Positions 1 through 10,118 of a stretch of 63,253 nt of DNA are shown here, one piece after another. The stretch covers positions 1 through 63,253 of the forward strand of contig JBAZCR010000005.1 of assembly GCA_041654895.1 (NCBI GenBank), given 5' to 3'. The first letter of the stretch is position 1; each line of letters opens with the position of its first letter. The stretch comes from Candidatus Pacearchaeota archaeon. Lineage in GTDB: Archaea; Nanobdellota; Nanobdellia; Pacearchaeales; GW2011-AR1. The notes beneath the pieces were generated by a model, which was given only the letters and a program-made list of their open reading frames with translations, was not told the origin of the DNA and ran no database searches. The position numbers and the translations under genes are program-made.

Positions 1-641
1 TCCTTTTCATTGCCTAGTGTTATAATTGTCTTTGGAAGTTTTGTTCCTTGCATACCAATTACATTATTAATTCCTGCTTTAAGTAAATTAACAACATCAG
101 CTCTTCCTTCAACAACAATAACTTCTTTGGAATTTTCTACTTCAGGTCCTGCTGCAAGTCCTTCATCACCATAAGAAATAACTTTTGATGTTCTAGTAGA
201 ATCTCTTAATTCACTTTCCATTTCACGAGAATTCATTCCTTCATTTTTAATACTAGATAAAAGCTGTTTTGCTCTCTCCATTATATAGTCTCTTTTGCTC
301 CCTCTAACATCTTCTATTTCTCTTATAGTAATTTTAGCATCAGTAGGTCCTATTTTATCAATTGTTTCAATTGAAGCAGCAATAATTGTTGTTTCTGTTC
401 TATCAAGTGCTGTTGGGATAATAATTTCTCCTTTAGTTTTTCCATTTTCAGTGACTAAATCAACATCAACTCTACCAATTTTTCCATTCTTTTGTAATTC
501 TCTTAATTCCATATCAGAACCTAATAATCCTTCTGTTTGGCCGAAAATTGCACCAATAACATCAGGTTTTTGAAAAGGCCCATCTGCAACAAACTCTGCA
601 ATAATTGAATATTTAATAGACGACGGACTAATTTTTGCCAT
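1..641 (-). CDS. dnaG: Archaeal-type DNA primase DnaG, N-terminal part; the gene runs off the left edge of the window
   Basis: Hand translation of the reverse strand from the ATG at 641-639 gives MAKISPSSIKYSIIAEFVADGPFQKPDVIGAIFGQTEGLLGSDMELRELQKNGKIGRVDVDL... then ...VIVVEGRADVVNLLKAGINNVIGMQG (TOPRIM). PDVIGAIFGQTEGLLG is the conserved archaeal DnaG N-terminus. It is absent from the ORF track because no stop codon lies in the window. Confidence 0.8.
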   Translation of the reverse strand, partial: MAKISPSSIKYSIIAEFVADGPFQKPDVIGAIFGQTEGLLGSDMELRELQKNGKIGRVDVDLVTENGKTKGEIIIPTALDRTETTIIAASIETIDKIGPTDAKITIREIEDVRGSKRDYIMERAKQLLSSIKNEGMNSREMESELRDSTRTSKVISYGDEGLAAGPEVENSKEVIVVEGRADVVNLLKAGINNVIGMQGTKLPKTIITLGNEK

Positions 642-895
642 TTTTTCTCCTTTAATTTAGTTAATATTTGTAGAAAAAATTCATCGCTTATCTTTTGTTA
701 AGTCTAACTTGTTAAACCCTAAACTGAATATGATTGTGATATATTTATAATCATGAATTCTTATTGTTGAATCACTTTTTCTACAAGATAAAAAGAAAAA
801 ATCAATTTATAAATTTTTCCTTTAATCCTTTTGACTAAATATACTTAAATGTTTTTAATAGCAAGATTTATAAATTAATTTTTTTTCAATAGTTT

Positions 896-1477
896 ATGTT
901 CTATGAATTACTAGTTACAGACTATGTTAGAGTAAGTCCTGAAAAATTTGGAGAAGATACTGATGAGGCTGTAAAAAAACAATTAGAAGAATCTTATATT
1001 GGCTTTCAAGATAAAGATATTGGAGTCACTGTTGCAGTTTTAGATGTTTTAGATGTAAAAGAAGGAGTAATTATTCCTGGCGATGGTGCAGCATATTACG
1101 AATCTACTTTTAAGTTAATTGTTTTTAGACCAGAATTACAAGAAGTAGTTTATGGAACTCTTGACGAGATTACAAATTTTGGTGCTTTCATTAATCTAGG
1201 AGTTATTAAGGGAATGATTCATATTTCTCAAACAATGGACGATTTTGTTTCATTTTCAGATACAGGTACTCTATCAGGCAAAGAAAGTAAAAGAGTTCTA
1301 ATAAAAGGAGATAATTGTATTGCAAGAATCGTAGCAATTTCTTATAGAGGAGAACAACCTAAAATAGGTCTTACGATGAGACAGCCCGGATTAGGAAAAT
1401 TAGAATGGGTAGCTCAAGAAAAAGAAAAAGCAAAAAAATTATCAATTAAAAAAGAAAAACCAGAAAAGAAAAAATAA
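896..1477 (+). CDS. rpo7: DNA-directed RNA polymerase subunit Rpo7 (E')
   Basis: 193 aa. The Rpo7 N-domain is followed by an S1 fold (GTLDEITNFGAFINLGVIKGMIHISQ). It is the first gene of the conserved archaeal rpo7-spt4-rps24e-rps27ae cluster. Confidence 0.9.
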   Translation: MFYELLVTDYVRVSPEKFGEDTDEAVKKQLEESYIGFQDKDIGVTVAVLDVLDVKEGVIIPGDGAAYYESTFKLIVFRPELQEVVYGTLDEITNFGAFINLGVIKGMIHISQTMDDFVSFSDTGTLSGKESKRVLIKGDNCIARIVAISYRGEQPKIGLTMRQPGLGKLEWVAQEKEKAKKLSIKKEKPEKKK

Positions 1478-1478
1478 A

Positions 1479-1667
1479 ATGGCAAAAGAAAAAGCATGTT
1501 TAAATTGTAAAGCAATATATCAGGGAGATAAATGTCCTATTTGTGGAGAAACACCATCAAATGAATCATTCAAAGGACGGGTTTATGTTTTTAATCCTGA
1601 AAAATCAGAAATTGCAAATAAATTAGAAATACATAAAGAAGGAGAATTTGCAATAAAAACAAAATGA
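1479..1667 (+). CDS. spt4: Transcription elongation factor Spt4 / RNAP subunit E''
   Basis: 62 aa. Zinc ribbon CLNC...CPIC followed by FKGRVYVFNPEKSEIA. It starts 1 nt after rpo7. Confidence 0.85.
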   Translation: MAKEKACLNCKAIYQGDKCPICGETPSNESFKGRVYVFNPEKSEIANKLEIHKEGEFAIKTK

Positions 1668-2017
1668 AAACAAGAATAATTAAACAAACCGAAAATCCCT
1701 TTTTAGAAAGAGATGAGTTTTTATTTGAAATAATCAATGAAACTCTGCCAACCAAAGAAGAAATTATAAAAGAATTAGGGAAAAATCCTGAGTTAACAGT
1801 CATTCAAAAAGTAAATAATAGTTTTGGTAAAAATTCTTTCACCGTTAAAATTTATGTTTATAAAAATAAAGAATCAAAAGATAAATATACTATAATTTCT
1901 AAAAAAGCAAGATTAAAATTAGTAGAAGAAAAAAAAGCTCTTGAAGCAGAATTAAGAAAAAAAAAGCAGCAAGAAAAAGAAATAAAAGAAGGAGAAAAAT
2001 TACAAGATGGCAATTAA
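1664..2017 (+). CDS. rps24e: Ribosomal protein eS24, with a Lys/Glu-rich C-terminal tail
   Basis: The N-terminus [19 protein letters not shown] matches the eS24 family. It overlaps spt4 by 4 nt and sits in the conserved cluster position. Confidence 0.8.
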   Translation: MKTRIIKQTENPFLERDEFLFEIINETLPTKEEIIKELGKNPELTVIQKVNNSFGKNSFTVKIYVYKNKESKDKYTIISKKARLKLVEEKKALEAELRKKKQQEKEIKEGEKLQDGN

Positions 2018-2231
2018 ATCAAAAATAAAAGGCAAGAAAAAACATATTAATAAAAAACCTTCAAAGAAGTATACCAAATATAAAATTGAGGATGGAAAAT
2101 TAATAAAAGCAAGAACTTGTCCAAGATGTGGTCCAGGTATTTTTTTATCTGTTGGAAAAGGAAGAGCTTATTGTGGAAGATGTCATTTTACTGAGTTTGA
2201 CAAAAAAGAAGTTGAAGCAAAGTTAGCTTAA
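2007..2231 (+). CDS. rps27ae: Ribosomal protein eS31 (S27ae)
   Basis: 74 aa, basic, with the C4 zinc ribbon CPRCGPG...CGRC. It is followed by T-runs at 2236-2262. Confidence 0.85.
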   Translation: MAIKSKIKGKKKHINKKPSKKYTKYKIEDGKLIKARTCPRCGPGIFLSVGKGRAYCGRCHFTEFDKKEVEAKLA

Positions 2232-2299
2232 ACATTTTATTTTTTTAAAATTTTTTATATTAATAATTTAATACAGATATTTTTAAGTCGAATTTATAA

Positions 2300-2355
2300 C
2301 CCTGGGAGATGCGATAAAGCGAGCTAAATAGTGGCCTTACCGCTCTCTCCTGGGG
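2300..2355. ncRNA. Candidate small structured RNA of unassigned family; GC-rich hairpin island
   Basis: This 56-nt segment is far more GC-rich than the surrounding AT-rich spacer. CCCTGGGAGA (2300-2309) pairs with TCTCCTGGGG (2346-2355) as a 10-bp stem including 2 G-U pairs. An inner GAGC (2321-2324) pairs with GCTC (2342-2345). No ORF is present. Confidence 0.3.
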
Positions 2356-2460
2356 AAAAAGAGGTGATAATATAACTAAAGATATATACTTTATAAATCT
2401 TTTGGTTTGTTGTGATTGGTTAGTGACAATAAATTTATCCTAAACTTTATTAAATAAATA

Positions 2461-3267
2461 ATGATAATCTTACTTATGAAAAAAGAGGATAAGATAAATC
2501 AAAATCAATTTTTTGATTTAATTACAAGTAATGAATTAAGTTGGCAATCTATCATTTATGATTTAATTAAAACAGAACAATTAGATCCTTGGGATATCAA
2601 TTTAACAATCTTGGCTGATAAATATATTGAAACAATAAAGAGGTTAGAAGATGAGAATTTTTTTATCTCTTCTAAAGTTTTACTTGCTTGTGCTTTAATT
2701 TTAAGATTAAAATCTGATATTTTAGCTGATGATTATATACAAGAATTAAATGATTCTTTATACGGAAAAAAAGAAATACAGTCAATATTAAATTTCACTT
2801 CATTTGAAGAAATAGATGAAGAAAATTTACCAATTCTTATTCTAAAAACCCCATTAGCAAGACATAAAAAAGTTACTCTTGATGAATTAATGAAAGCACT
2901 AAATCATGCGATTAATACTGAAAATAAAAGAATTAAAAGACAGATTAAAACATTTCAAACAAAAAAGGCTACCTTAAATTTGATTCCTAAAAAGCAAGTA
3001 CCCTTAACTATTCGTATTCAAAAAATGTATTCTGTTATAACGCAAAATATTTTAGTTTCAGGAAGAAAATTAATGAAGTTCCAAGAAATAGCCTATGAAA
3101 AAGATCAAAAATTATCTTTATTTTTGCCTTTGTTACACTTAGCAAATGCCCAAAAAATTTATTTATGGCAACCAGTCCATTTTAAAGATATTAATATTTC
3201 TAAAGAAATGCACCCTGAAGAACAATTGAAAATTAAAGAAGAATTGGAATTTATAGAGGATTTATAG
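2461..3267 (+). CDS. scpA: Segregation and condensation protein A (ScpA kleisin)
   Basis: QLDPWDINLTILADKYIETIKRLEDENFFISSKVLLACALILRLKSDIL is the ScpA N-terminal signature. An alternative start exists at 2476. Confidence 0.75.
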   Translation: MIILLMKKEDKINQNQFFDLITSNELSWQSIIYDLIKTEQLDPWDINLTILADKYIETIKRLEDENFFISSKVLLACALILRLKSDILADDYIQELNDSLYGKKEIQSILNFTSFEEIDEENLPILILKTPLARHKKVTLDELMKALNHAINTENKRIKRQIKTFQTKKATLNLIPKKQVPLTIRIQKMYSVITQNILVSGRKLMKFQEIAYEKDQKLSLFLPLLHLANAQKIYLWQPVHFKDINISKEMHPEEQLKIKEELEFIEDL

Positions 3268-3306
3268 AATCTAAATATTTTTAACTTTTGAGTTCTTTTT
3301 TTTAAG

Positions 3307-4038
3307 ATGGAAAGCAAAATTTCAGCAGGTAGTTATGATTTAAATAAATTTTTATACGGCGGTTATGAAAGAGATATAATTAATACAGTTTACGGCCCTG
3401 GTGGAAGTGGTAAAAGTAATTTTTGCATGTGTGCTTGTGTAAGTCAATCTAAAAAAAATAATAAAGTTTTGTTTATTGATACAGAAGCAAGTTTTTCTAT
3501 AGATAGATATAAACAAATTCATAGCGGGACTCGTGAAGAAGTAGAAAAAGATTTACAAAATGTTTTCATATTTAAACCAACAAATTTTTTAGAACAAGAA
3601 AAAATCTTCGAGGATTTAAATAACAAAATAAAAAATACAGATTTTTCTTTAATTATTGTGGATTCTATTGGTATGCTTTATAGAGTTGAATTAGCAAGTG
3701 CTATACAAACAAAAAAAACAGAAGAAATACAAAAAGTGAATCAAAAATTAGCTAAACAATTAATGCTCTTAAATGAGATTGCAAGAAAAAAAAATATCTG
3801 TGTTTTAGTAACAAATCAAGTTTACTCTAATTTTGTTCAAGATATAGATAAAATTGAAAAGTCAGTTAATATGGTAGGAGGAGATTTATTAAATTATTGG
3901 AGTAAATGTCTAATAGAGTTACAAATTAATTTTGGTAAAAGAAAAATGATCTTAAAAAAACATAGAAGCATAAGAGAAAAAGAAATGTTTTTTGAAATTA
4001 ATAATCTAGGCATAAAAAGAAAATCAAGTCTTTTCTAA
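3307..4038 (+). CDS. radB: DNA repair/recombination protein RadB (RecA/KaiC-like ATPase)
   Basis: 243 aa. Walker A is YGPGGSGKSNF and Walker B is LIIVDSIG. It has the short RadB-type architecture without an N-terminal HhH domain. Confidence 0.75.
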   Translation: MESKISAGSYDLNKFLYGGYERDIINTVYGPGGSGKSNFCMCACVSQSKKNNKVLFIDTEASFSIDRYKQIHSGTREEVEKDLQNVFIFKPTNFLEQEKIFEDLNNKIKNTDFSLIIVDSIGMLYRVELASAIQTKKTEEIQKVNQKLAKQLMLLNEIARKKNICVLVTNQVYSNFVQDIDKIEKSVNMVGGDLLNYWSKCLIELQINFGKRKMILKKHRSIREKEMFFEINNLGIKRKSSLF

Positions 4039-4104
4039 ATATATTTTATGCTGATTAAAGAAATATCATAATCAATAAAGATTATATCTTAAAATTTTTT
4101 AATT

Positions 4105-6204
4105 CTATTTTTTCTTTTTTAGGCTTTTCTTAAATTCTTCTTTTTTCTTTTTTAATTCTTCATTTGTTGGGCAATCAGGATTAAAGCAAAATTTCCAAGG
4201 AGCTCTCCCTTTTTTCATAGATACAACCAAAGGGAAATTACACTCTTGACACATTTCAATGTTCCCATCTTTATCCCTTGAAGGTTTCATAAATCCATTC
4301 GGTGGTAAAGAATAAGTTGTCTTACATTCAGGGTAGCTATTACAAGCAACAAAATAGCGATTATATTGTCTAGCATATTTAATTGTTAATTGACCCTTTT
4401 TACATTTAGGACATTGAGTCATTGTATTTTCTTTAATTTCCTCTTGAATAACTTGTTTGTTTGCATTAGACAATAATTTTCCAATCTTCCCCAAATTTTT
4501 AGTAAAGTCTTTAGCAATCATTTCAATTGTTTTTTTTGACTGATTCAATAATCTTTCCTGTTGCTTTTCAAAATCCTCTTTAGATAATTCTATTTTTTCC
4601 ATTTCTATTTCCATATCACTAGTTAATTTTTCATCCAATATTAAAGGTGCAAATTTTGTAAGAGTTTCATCTAATCTTAAACCTAATTCTGTGACTTCAA
4701 TAGATTTTCCTTTTGCATAACCTCTTGAAAATAATGTATCTATAATTTGTGCTCTTGTAGCTTTCGTTCCTAAATTTCTTCTTTCGAGTTCTTTAATTAA
4801 AGAAGCTTGAGTATATCTTTTTGGAGGTTTAGTCATTTTCTCTTCAATTCTAATTTCATTAATATTCACACTACCATTTAGTGTCGGAATTTCTTCTTCT
4901 TTAATATCCCCAGGATATACATTCATCCAATTTTTCTCTATAATTTGATAACTTTTCGCCCTAAATATCAAATCATTTATTTTAACTTCTACATTTTTAT
5001 TTTCAATTTTTGCAGATTCACAAAAACAAGAAATAAATCTTTTTACAACTAAATCATATATTTTTTTATCATTTGGAGTTAATTTTTTCATTTCCCCAGT
5101 AGGATAAATTGCTGGATGAGCAGGATCTTTTTTATTTCCACTTGTAGGTTTGTTTTTAACAGCATATTTTACAAGTGTTGTATATTTCTTTAATTGTTTT
5201 AAAATTTTATTATAATCAATAGAATTTGGATATTCTTGAGAAGATGTCCTCGGATAAGAGATAATCCCTTCGGTATACAATTTTTGAGCGATTTGTAATG
5301 TCTGAGAAGGTGTAAATTTATATCTTTTATAACTTTCAGTTTGAAGAGTTGTTAAATCAAAAGGAGTTGGAGCTGGTATTTCTTCTTCTTTAATTATAGT
5401 TTCTGCAACTGCATTTTTTCCTTTTAGATGTTGAAATTTAAGTAATTCAGATTCTCTTATAATATCTCTAATAAATTTAACTTCTAATTTTTGATTTTTG
5501 ATATCTTGAATTTGAAGAAAAATTTGCCAATAAGGAGTCGGAGTAAAACTTTTGATTTCTTTTTCTTTTTCAACTAAGATATGTAATGCAGGCCCTTGGA
5601 TTCTTCCAATAGATAAAATCTTAAAGTGCCCTGTTTGTGAAAGAGCTTTCATTAAACCTCGCGATAAATTAATACCATAAAACCAATCTAAATAATGTCT
5701 AGTTTCTCCAGCATATGCAGGACCTTTTTGAATAGAAGGTAATAATTTTTCAAATGATTTTTCTAATTCATCTTTTGTAAGTGTAGAAAATTTCATTCTT
5801 TTAGCATCTTTTTTCTTGCAAATATGTCTTACAACATTCCATCCAATTAATTCTCCTTCTCTATCAAAGTCTGTTGCAACAATGAAATTTTGAGCTTCTT
5901 TTGATAATTTTTTTAAGACACTAAAATACTTTTTTGTAAAAGAAGAATCTTTTTTATTATAGGCTGGTTGCCATTCAACATTAAAATTTGGAAAAGGTCC
6001 TCTTTTCTCAATTTGCTGAATACTAAATAAATGTCCAACAGCACAACCAACAATATAAGATTTTTTATCTCTTTGAAAGGTATAATAAGATACCTTATCC
6101 TTAGATGTTATTTTTTCATCTTTTCCATTAGAAAGAGCAAATGCAATTTTTTGTGCTGCTTGAGGTTTTTCTGTAATAATCAATGTTGTTTCATTAGTCA
6201 CCAT
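4105..6204 (-). CDS. topA: DNA topoisomerase, type IA
   Basis: 699 aa. TOPRIM N-terminus (LIITEKPQAAQKIA, DFDREGE), active-site ISYPRTSSQ, and C-terminal zinc ribbons (CPKC...CNSYPEC; CQEC...CFNPDC). Confidence 0.9.
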   Translation of the reverse strand: MVTNETTLIITEKPQAAQKIAFALSNGKDEKITSKDKVSYYTFQRDKKSYIVGCAVGHLFSIQQIEKRGPFPNFNVEWQPAYNKKDSSFTKKYFSVLKKLSKEAQNFIVATDFDREGELIGWNVVRHICKKKDAKRMKFSTLTKDELEKSFEKLLPSIQKGPAYAGETRHYLDWFYGINLSRGLMKALSQTGHFKILSIGRIQGPALHILVEKEKEIKSFTPTPYWQIFLQIQDIKNQKLEVKFIRDIIRESELLKFQHLKGKNAVAETIIKEEEIPAPTPFDLTTLQTESYKRYKFTPSQTLQIAQKLYTEGIISYPRTSSQEYPNSIDYNKILKQLKKYTTLVKYAVKNKPTSGNKKDPAHPAIYPTGEMKKLTPNDKKIYDLVVKRFISCFCESAKIENKNVEVKINDLIFRAKSYQIIEKNWMNVYPGDIKEEEIPTLNGSVNINEIRIEEKMTKPPKRYTQASLIKELERRNLGTKATRAQIIDTLFSRGYAKGKSIEVTELGLRLDETLTKFAPLILDEKLTSDMEIEMEKIELSKEDFEKQQERLLNQSKKTIEMIAKDFTKNLGKIGKLLSNANKQVIQEEIKENTMTQCPKCKKGQLTIKYARQYNRYFVACNSYPECKTTYSLPPNGFMKPSRDKDGNIEMCQECNFPLVVSMKKGRAPWKFCFNPDCPTNEELKKKKEEFKKSLKKKK

Positions 6205-6250
6205 GTTTAACTCAAAATAATAAGCTTTTAATTACTTTTTGTTTAGCAAA

Positions 6251-6832
6251 CTATATTTCAAAAATTATCCCACTTTTTCCTACCTGAATAATTTTTGTTT
6301 TTTCGATTTCATCTACCATTCCTTCTGCTTCGTGAACATGCCCACAAAATGCAACTATTGGCTGGTTATTTAATATTATTTTTTTTAAATAATAATCCCC
6401 TTTAATTCCTGAAAATTCTGCAATACTATCCTTAACATGTAAATGAGAAATTAAAATTATTCTTTTTGATTTAATACTTTTAAATTTTAAATCTAATTCA
6501 TCAAAATCTTTTTTAGTTAATTTTAATTTCCAATTTTTACACCCTATACCAATTATTGAAATGTCTTCAAAAAAATAAATTTCCTTATCAATATTTATTG
6601 CTCTTTTATCTATTTTTTTTAAATCTTCATCAAAATCACAATTTCCAGGAACAAATAAAACCTTATAATTTTCTACTAAAGGATTAATCAATTCTGGATC
6701 AAAGGAGTCATATGTAGCAATATCTCCAGCTAAGATTATTAAATCAACATTATATTTTTTCGCTAAATTTAATAAATTTTTAATAACCTTTTTATTATTA
6801 TGAATATCACTTGCGATTAGTATTTTTTTCAT
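6251..6832 (-). CDS. Metallophosphoesterase (calcineurin-like, YfcE/MJ0936 type)
   Basis: Motifs SDIHNN, LAGDI, GNCD and GHVHE are present in the canonical order. Confidence 0.8.
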   Translation of the reverse strand: MKKILIASDIHNNKKVIKNLLNLAKKYNVDLIILAGDIATYDSFDPELINPLVENYKVLFVPGNCDFDEDLKKIDKRAINIDKEIYFFEDISIIGIGCKNWKLKLTKKDFDELDLKFKSIKSKRIILISHLHVKDSIAEFSGIKGDYYLKKIILNNQPIVAFCGHVHEAEGMVDEIEKTKIIQVGKSGIIFEI

Positions 6833-6913
6833 AATCTAAGAGACAATTTTTCATTAATAAATTTAATTAAAGAATATCAACAATTTTTTAAAGAGTAAAT
6901 TATATTTTATTAT

Positions 6914-9307
6914 ATGAAAAAGGATAAAAAAGAAATTTATAATTTTAATAAAGTAGAAAATAAATGGTTAAAATATTGGAATAAAGAAAAGATTTACAAA
7001 TTTGATATTAATTCTGATAAACCTATCTTTTCGATAGATACTCCTCCTCCAACAGTTTCTGGAAAATTACATATGGGTCATTTTTTTGGAGACTCCCAAC
7101 AAGATTTTATTGCAAGATATAAACGAATGAGAGGTTTTAATGTCTTAAATCCTTTTGGAACAGATAATAATGGGCTCCCGACATTAAAATTAATTGAAAA
7201 AGAAAAAAATATCAAAGCAAAAGATATGTCCAGAGAAAAGTTTATTAATTTATGTTATAAAATTATTCAAGAAGAGTATATTCCTTCTTTTATTAGTGAA
7301 TATCAAAGATCTGGAATGTCTGCTGATTTAAGTTTATTTTATTCAACTATTGACGAAAGATCTAAAAGAATTTCTCAAAAAAGTTTTATAGATTTATATA
7401 ATAAAGGCAGAGAGTATAGAACAAATTCTCCTGCTCTTTGGTGTGTTAATTGTCAAACAACAATTGCTCAAGTTGAGTTAATTGATTTTGAAAAAGAAAC
7501 TTTTTTTAACGACCTGATATTTAAAGTAGGAAACAAAAAAGTTATTATTTCTACAACTCGTCCAGAATTATTACCTGCATGTGTATGTTTATTCGTAAAT
7601 CCAGATGATGTGCGAGCAAAAGAATTAGTTGGTAAAAAAGCTAAAGTTCCATTATTTAATTTTGAAGTTCCAATCTTATTAGATGAAAAAGTAGATCCAA
7701 ATAAAGGTTCTGGGATAGTTATGTGTTGCACTTTTGGTGACCAAACAGATATGGAATGGCAAAAACAATATGATTTAGAAATTAAAAATGCCATAAATTT
7801 AGATGGAACAATGAGTGAAATATCTGGTAATTACAAAGGTCTTAAAATTACAGAAGCAAGAAAAAAAATTATTGAGGATCTAAAAAAAGAAAATATTTTA
7901 ATTAAACAAAAAAAAGTTTCTCAAGTTGTGAATGTTTGTGAAAGGTGTAATACTCCTATTGAATTTATAACTACAAAGCAATGGTTTGTAAAATATTTAG
8001 ATTTAAAAGAAGAAATGTTAAAATGGGGCGATGAAATTAAATGGTATCCAAACTTTATGAAAACAAGGTATAATAACTGGGTTAATGGATTAAAGTGGGA
8101 TTGGTGTATTTCTAGACAAATTTCTTTTGGAATACCTTTTCCAGTATGGTATTGTAAAAATTGTGATGAAATTATACTAGCAAGAATAGAAGATCTACCT
8201 ATTGACCCCTTAGAATCAAAACCTCCATTAGATAAATGCCCTAATTGTGGTTACAAAGAATTTGTTCCTGAAAAAGATATAATGAATACTTGGGCAACTT
8301 CTGCTTTAACTCCGACGATAATTAAAGATATTTTGAAAGATACTAAAATTTATAATAAAATTAAAGATAAACCACTATCAATTAGACGAAATGGTCATGA
8401 TATAATTACTTTCTGGGATTTTAATACTATTTTGAAATCATATCTACACTATAATCAAAAACCTTGGAATGAGTTGTTAATCAATGGATGGATGTTAGGT
8501 TCAGATGGTAAAAAAATGTCTAAATCTCTCGGTAATGGGATTTCTCCTAAAGAAGTGATTAATGAATGGGGGGCAGATGTCTTAAGATATTTATCTTCCT
8601 ATTCCAAACTTGGTGAAGATTTAAGCTTCCCAGAAAATGAATTAAAATCAGGTAAAAAGTTAATTACAAAATTAATAAATGCAACAAAGTTTATTTTTTT
8701 AAATTTAGAAAATTACATTCCCATTAAACCCAAAAAACTAGAAAAATTTGATAGCTTATTTTTTAAAAAATTAAACCAAACCATTCAAAATTCTACAAAT
8801 TATTTTGAGTCTTATGAATATTCAAAAGCAAAGTATGAAGTAGAACAATTTTTCTTTAAAGATTTCTGCGATAATTATTTAGAGATTATTAAAAAAAGAG
8901 TTTATAATGGAAACCCTTCAGAAAAAGAATCAGCTAAATATGTTTTATATAACTCTTTGTTAAACATACTGAAAATGTTTGCTCCATTTATGCCTTTCAT
9001 TACAGAGGAATTATATCAAAATTATTTTATTTCAAATGAAAAAGCTAAATCAATTCATTTAACTTTCTGGCCAATACAAATAGAAATTGATGAAGGAGAT
9101 TTAAAAATTTATGAAATATTCCTAGATGTTTTAAAGGATGTAAGGCAAAATAAAAGCGATGCTCAAAAATCAATGAAAACAATAATTAATCTATATTTAC
9201 CTATAGAGAAATTAGAAATTTTAAATGGTCTATTAGATGATTTAAAAAATGTAACCAATGCTCAAGAAATTTTAGAGGGTGATTTTAGAGTAGAGTTTTT
9301 AGAATAA
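6914..9307 (+). CDS. valS: Valyl-tRNA synthetase (archaeal type)
   Basis: 797 aa class I aaRS. It has PPPTVSGKLHMGH (HIGH region), GTDNNGLPT, WCISRQ and KMSKSLGN. Confidence 0.85.
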   Translation: MKKDKKEIYNFNKVENKWLKYWNKEKIYKFDINSDKPIFSIDTPPPTVSGKLHMGHFFGDSQQDFIARYKRMRGFNVLNPFGTDNNGLPTLKLIEKEKNIKAKDMSREKFINLCYKIIQEEYIPSFISEYQRSGMSADLSLFYSTIDERSKRISQKSFIDLYNKGREYRTNSPALWCVNCQTTIAQVELIDFEKETFFNDLIFKVGNKKVIISTTRPELLPACVCLFVNPDDVRAKELVGKKAKVPLFNFEVPILLDEKVDPNKGSGIVMCCTFGDQTDMEWQKQYDLEIKNAINLDGTMSEISGNYKGLKITEARKKIIEDLKKENILIKQKKVSQVVNVCERCNTPIEFITTKQWFVKYLDLKEEMLKWGDEIKWYPNFMKTRYNNWVNGLKWDWCISRQISFGIPFPVWYCKNCDEIILARIEDLPIDPLESKPPLDKCPNCGYKEFVPEKDIMNTWATSALTPTIIKDILKDTKIYNKIKDKPLSIRRNGHDIITFWDFNTILKSYLHYNQKPWNELLINGWMLGSDGKKMSKSLGNGISPKEVINEWGADVLRYLSSYSKLGEDLSFPENELKSGKKLITKLINATKFIFLNLENYIPIKPKKLEKFDSLFFKKLNQTIQNSTNYFESYEYSKAKYEVEQFFFKDFCDNYLEIIKKRVYNGNPSEKESAKYVLYNSLLNILKMFAPFMPFITEELYQNYFISNEKAKSIHLTFWPIQIEIDEGDLKIYEIFLDVLKDVRQNKSDAQKSMKTIINLYLPIEKLEILNGLLDDLKNVTNAQEILEGDFRVEFLE

Positions 9308-9309
9308 TC

Positions 9310-10017
9310 TTAAGCAATAAATTTAACTTCTTTTGTTTGCTTTTTATCATCTAAAGAAATATTTCTAATTAAAATACCTTCTCTTTTAGATAATTCTCTT
9401 ACTTGTGCAGGATTTAATTTATCAATATTGTCAGGGTAAATAATATTTTCAACCTTAATTGTATGATTTATTTTAGCTCCTTTCCAATTTAAACCAACAT
9501 CAAAAAAAATTTGATTTAATAGATTTTTATCATCTGTTTTTAATGTACAAAAGTCAGCTTTAATTTCTTCATCATCTTTTTTATTAGAAGAACTACTTTT
9601 AGGAGGTTTTGCCTTTATTTTTAATTCAAAATCTTTTCCTTTGAAACTTAATGCAAAGAAAACTCTTGGGTATTTTTTCATTAATATTAATACATCTTCG
9701 GATTTAACATCAGTGTTTATAGTATATTTTTTAACTCCTTGAAATTGGCTTACCTTAGATATTTCAAAAGGTATTTCATTTTTAATATCCAAAGTAGTTG
9801 AAATAATACCAGTAACTTTGAAAATACTCTTTTCTTTTTCCATACAAGATTTAACAAAAGAATTAGTAAATTCAAAGCTTGTTTTTATAGACCATCTATT
9901 TGCTTGCTTTTTTGCTTCAATCAAATATCTATCTTTGAATTCCCCTCTTGAGAATTTTAAGAAATCATTATGCACTTCATCATTAAAATCCCCTTCAAAA
10001 ATATTTTGAATAATCAT
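9310..10017 (-). CDS. Hypothetical protein
   Basis: 235-aa ORF that fills the gap between valS and the thermosome gene. I recognise no motif. Confidence 0.55.
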   Translation of the reverse strand: MIIQNIFEGDFNDEVHNDFLKFSRGEFKDRYLIEAKKQANRWSIKTSFEFTNSFVKSCMEKEKSIFKVTGIISTTLDIKNEIPFEISKVSQFQGVKKYTINTDVKSEDVLILMKKYPRVFFALSFKGKDFELKIKAKPPKSSSSNKKDDEEIKADFCTLKTDDKNLLNQIFFDVGLNWKGAKINHTIKVENIIYPDNIDKLNPAQVRELSKREGILIRNISLDDKKQTKEVKFIA

Positions 10018-10118
10018 AGATTAAAAATAATTTGGTGATTTATAAATATTCCTTCTAATAACAGATTATATCTCTAGAGTGTATAAATTCTTAAAAGATA
10101 AAATTACTTATTTTTATA

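Noticed and set aside
295-573. A 92-aa plus-strand ORF.
   Set aside because: It is antisense to the clearly conserved dnaG reading frame. The product is low-complexity and hydrophobic, typical of antisense frames in AT-rich genes.
2361-2460. GTGATAA and GTGATTGG elements as possible C boxes of an sRNA next to the GC-rich hairpin.
   Set aside because: They do not match RUGAUGA, no D box is present, and the region reads as an ordinary AT-rich promoter for scpA.
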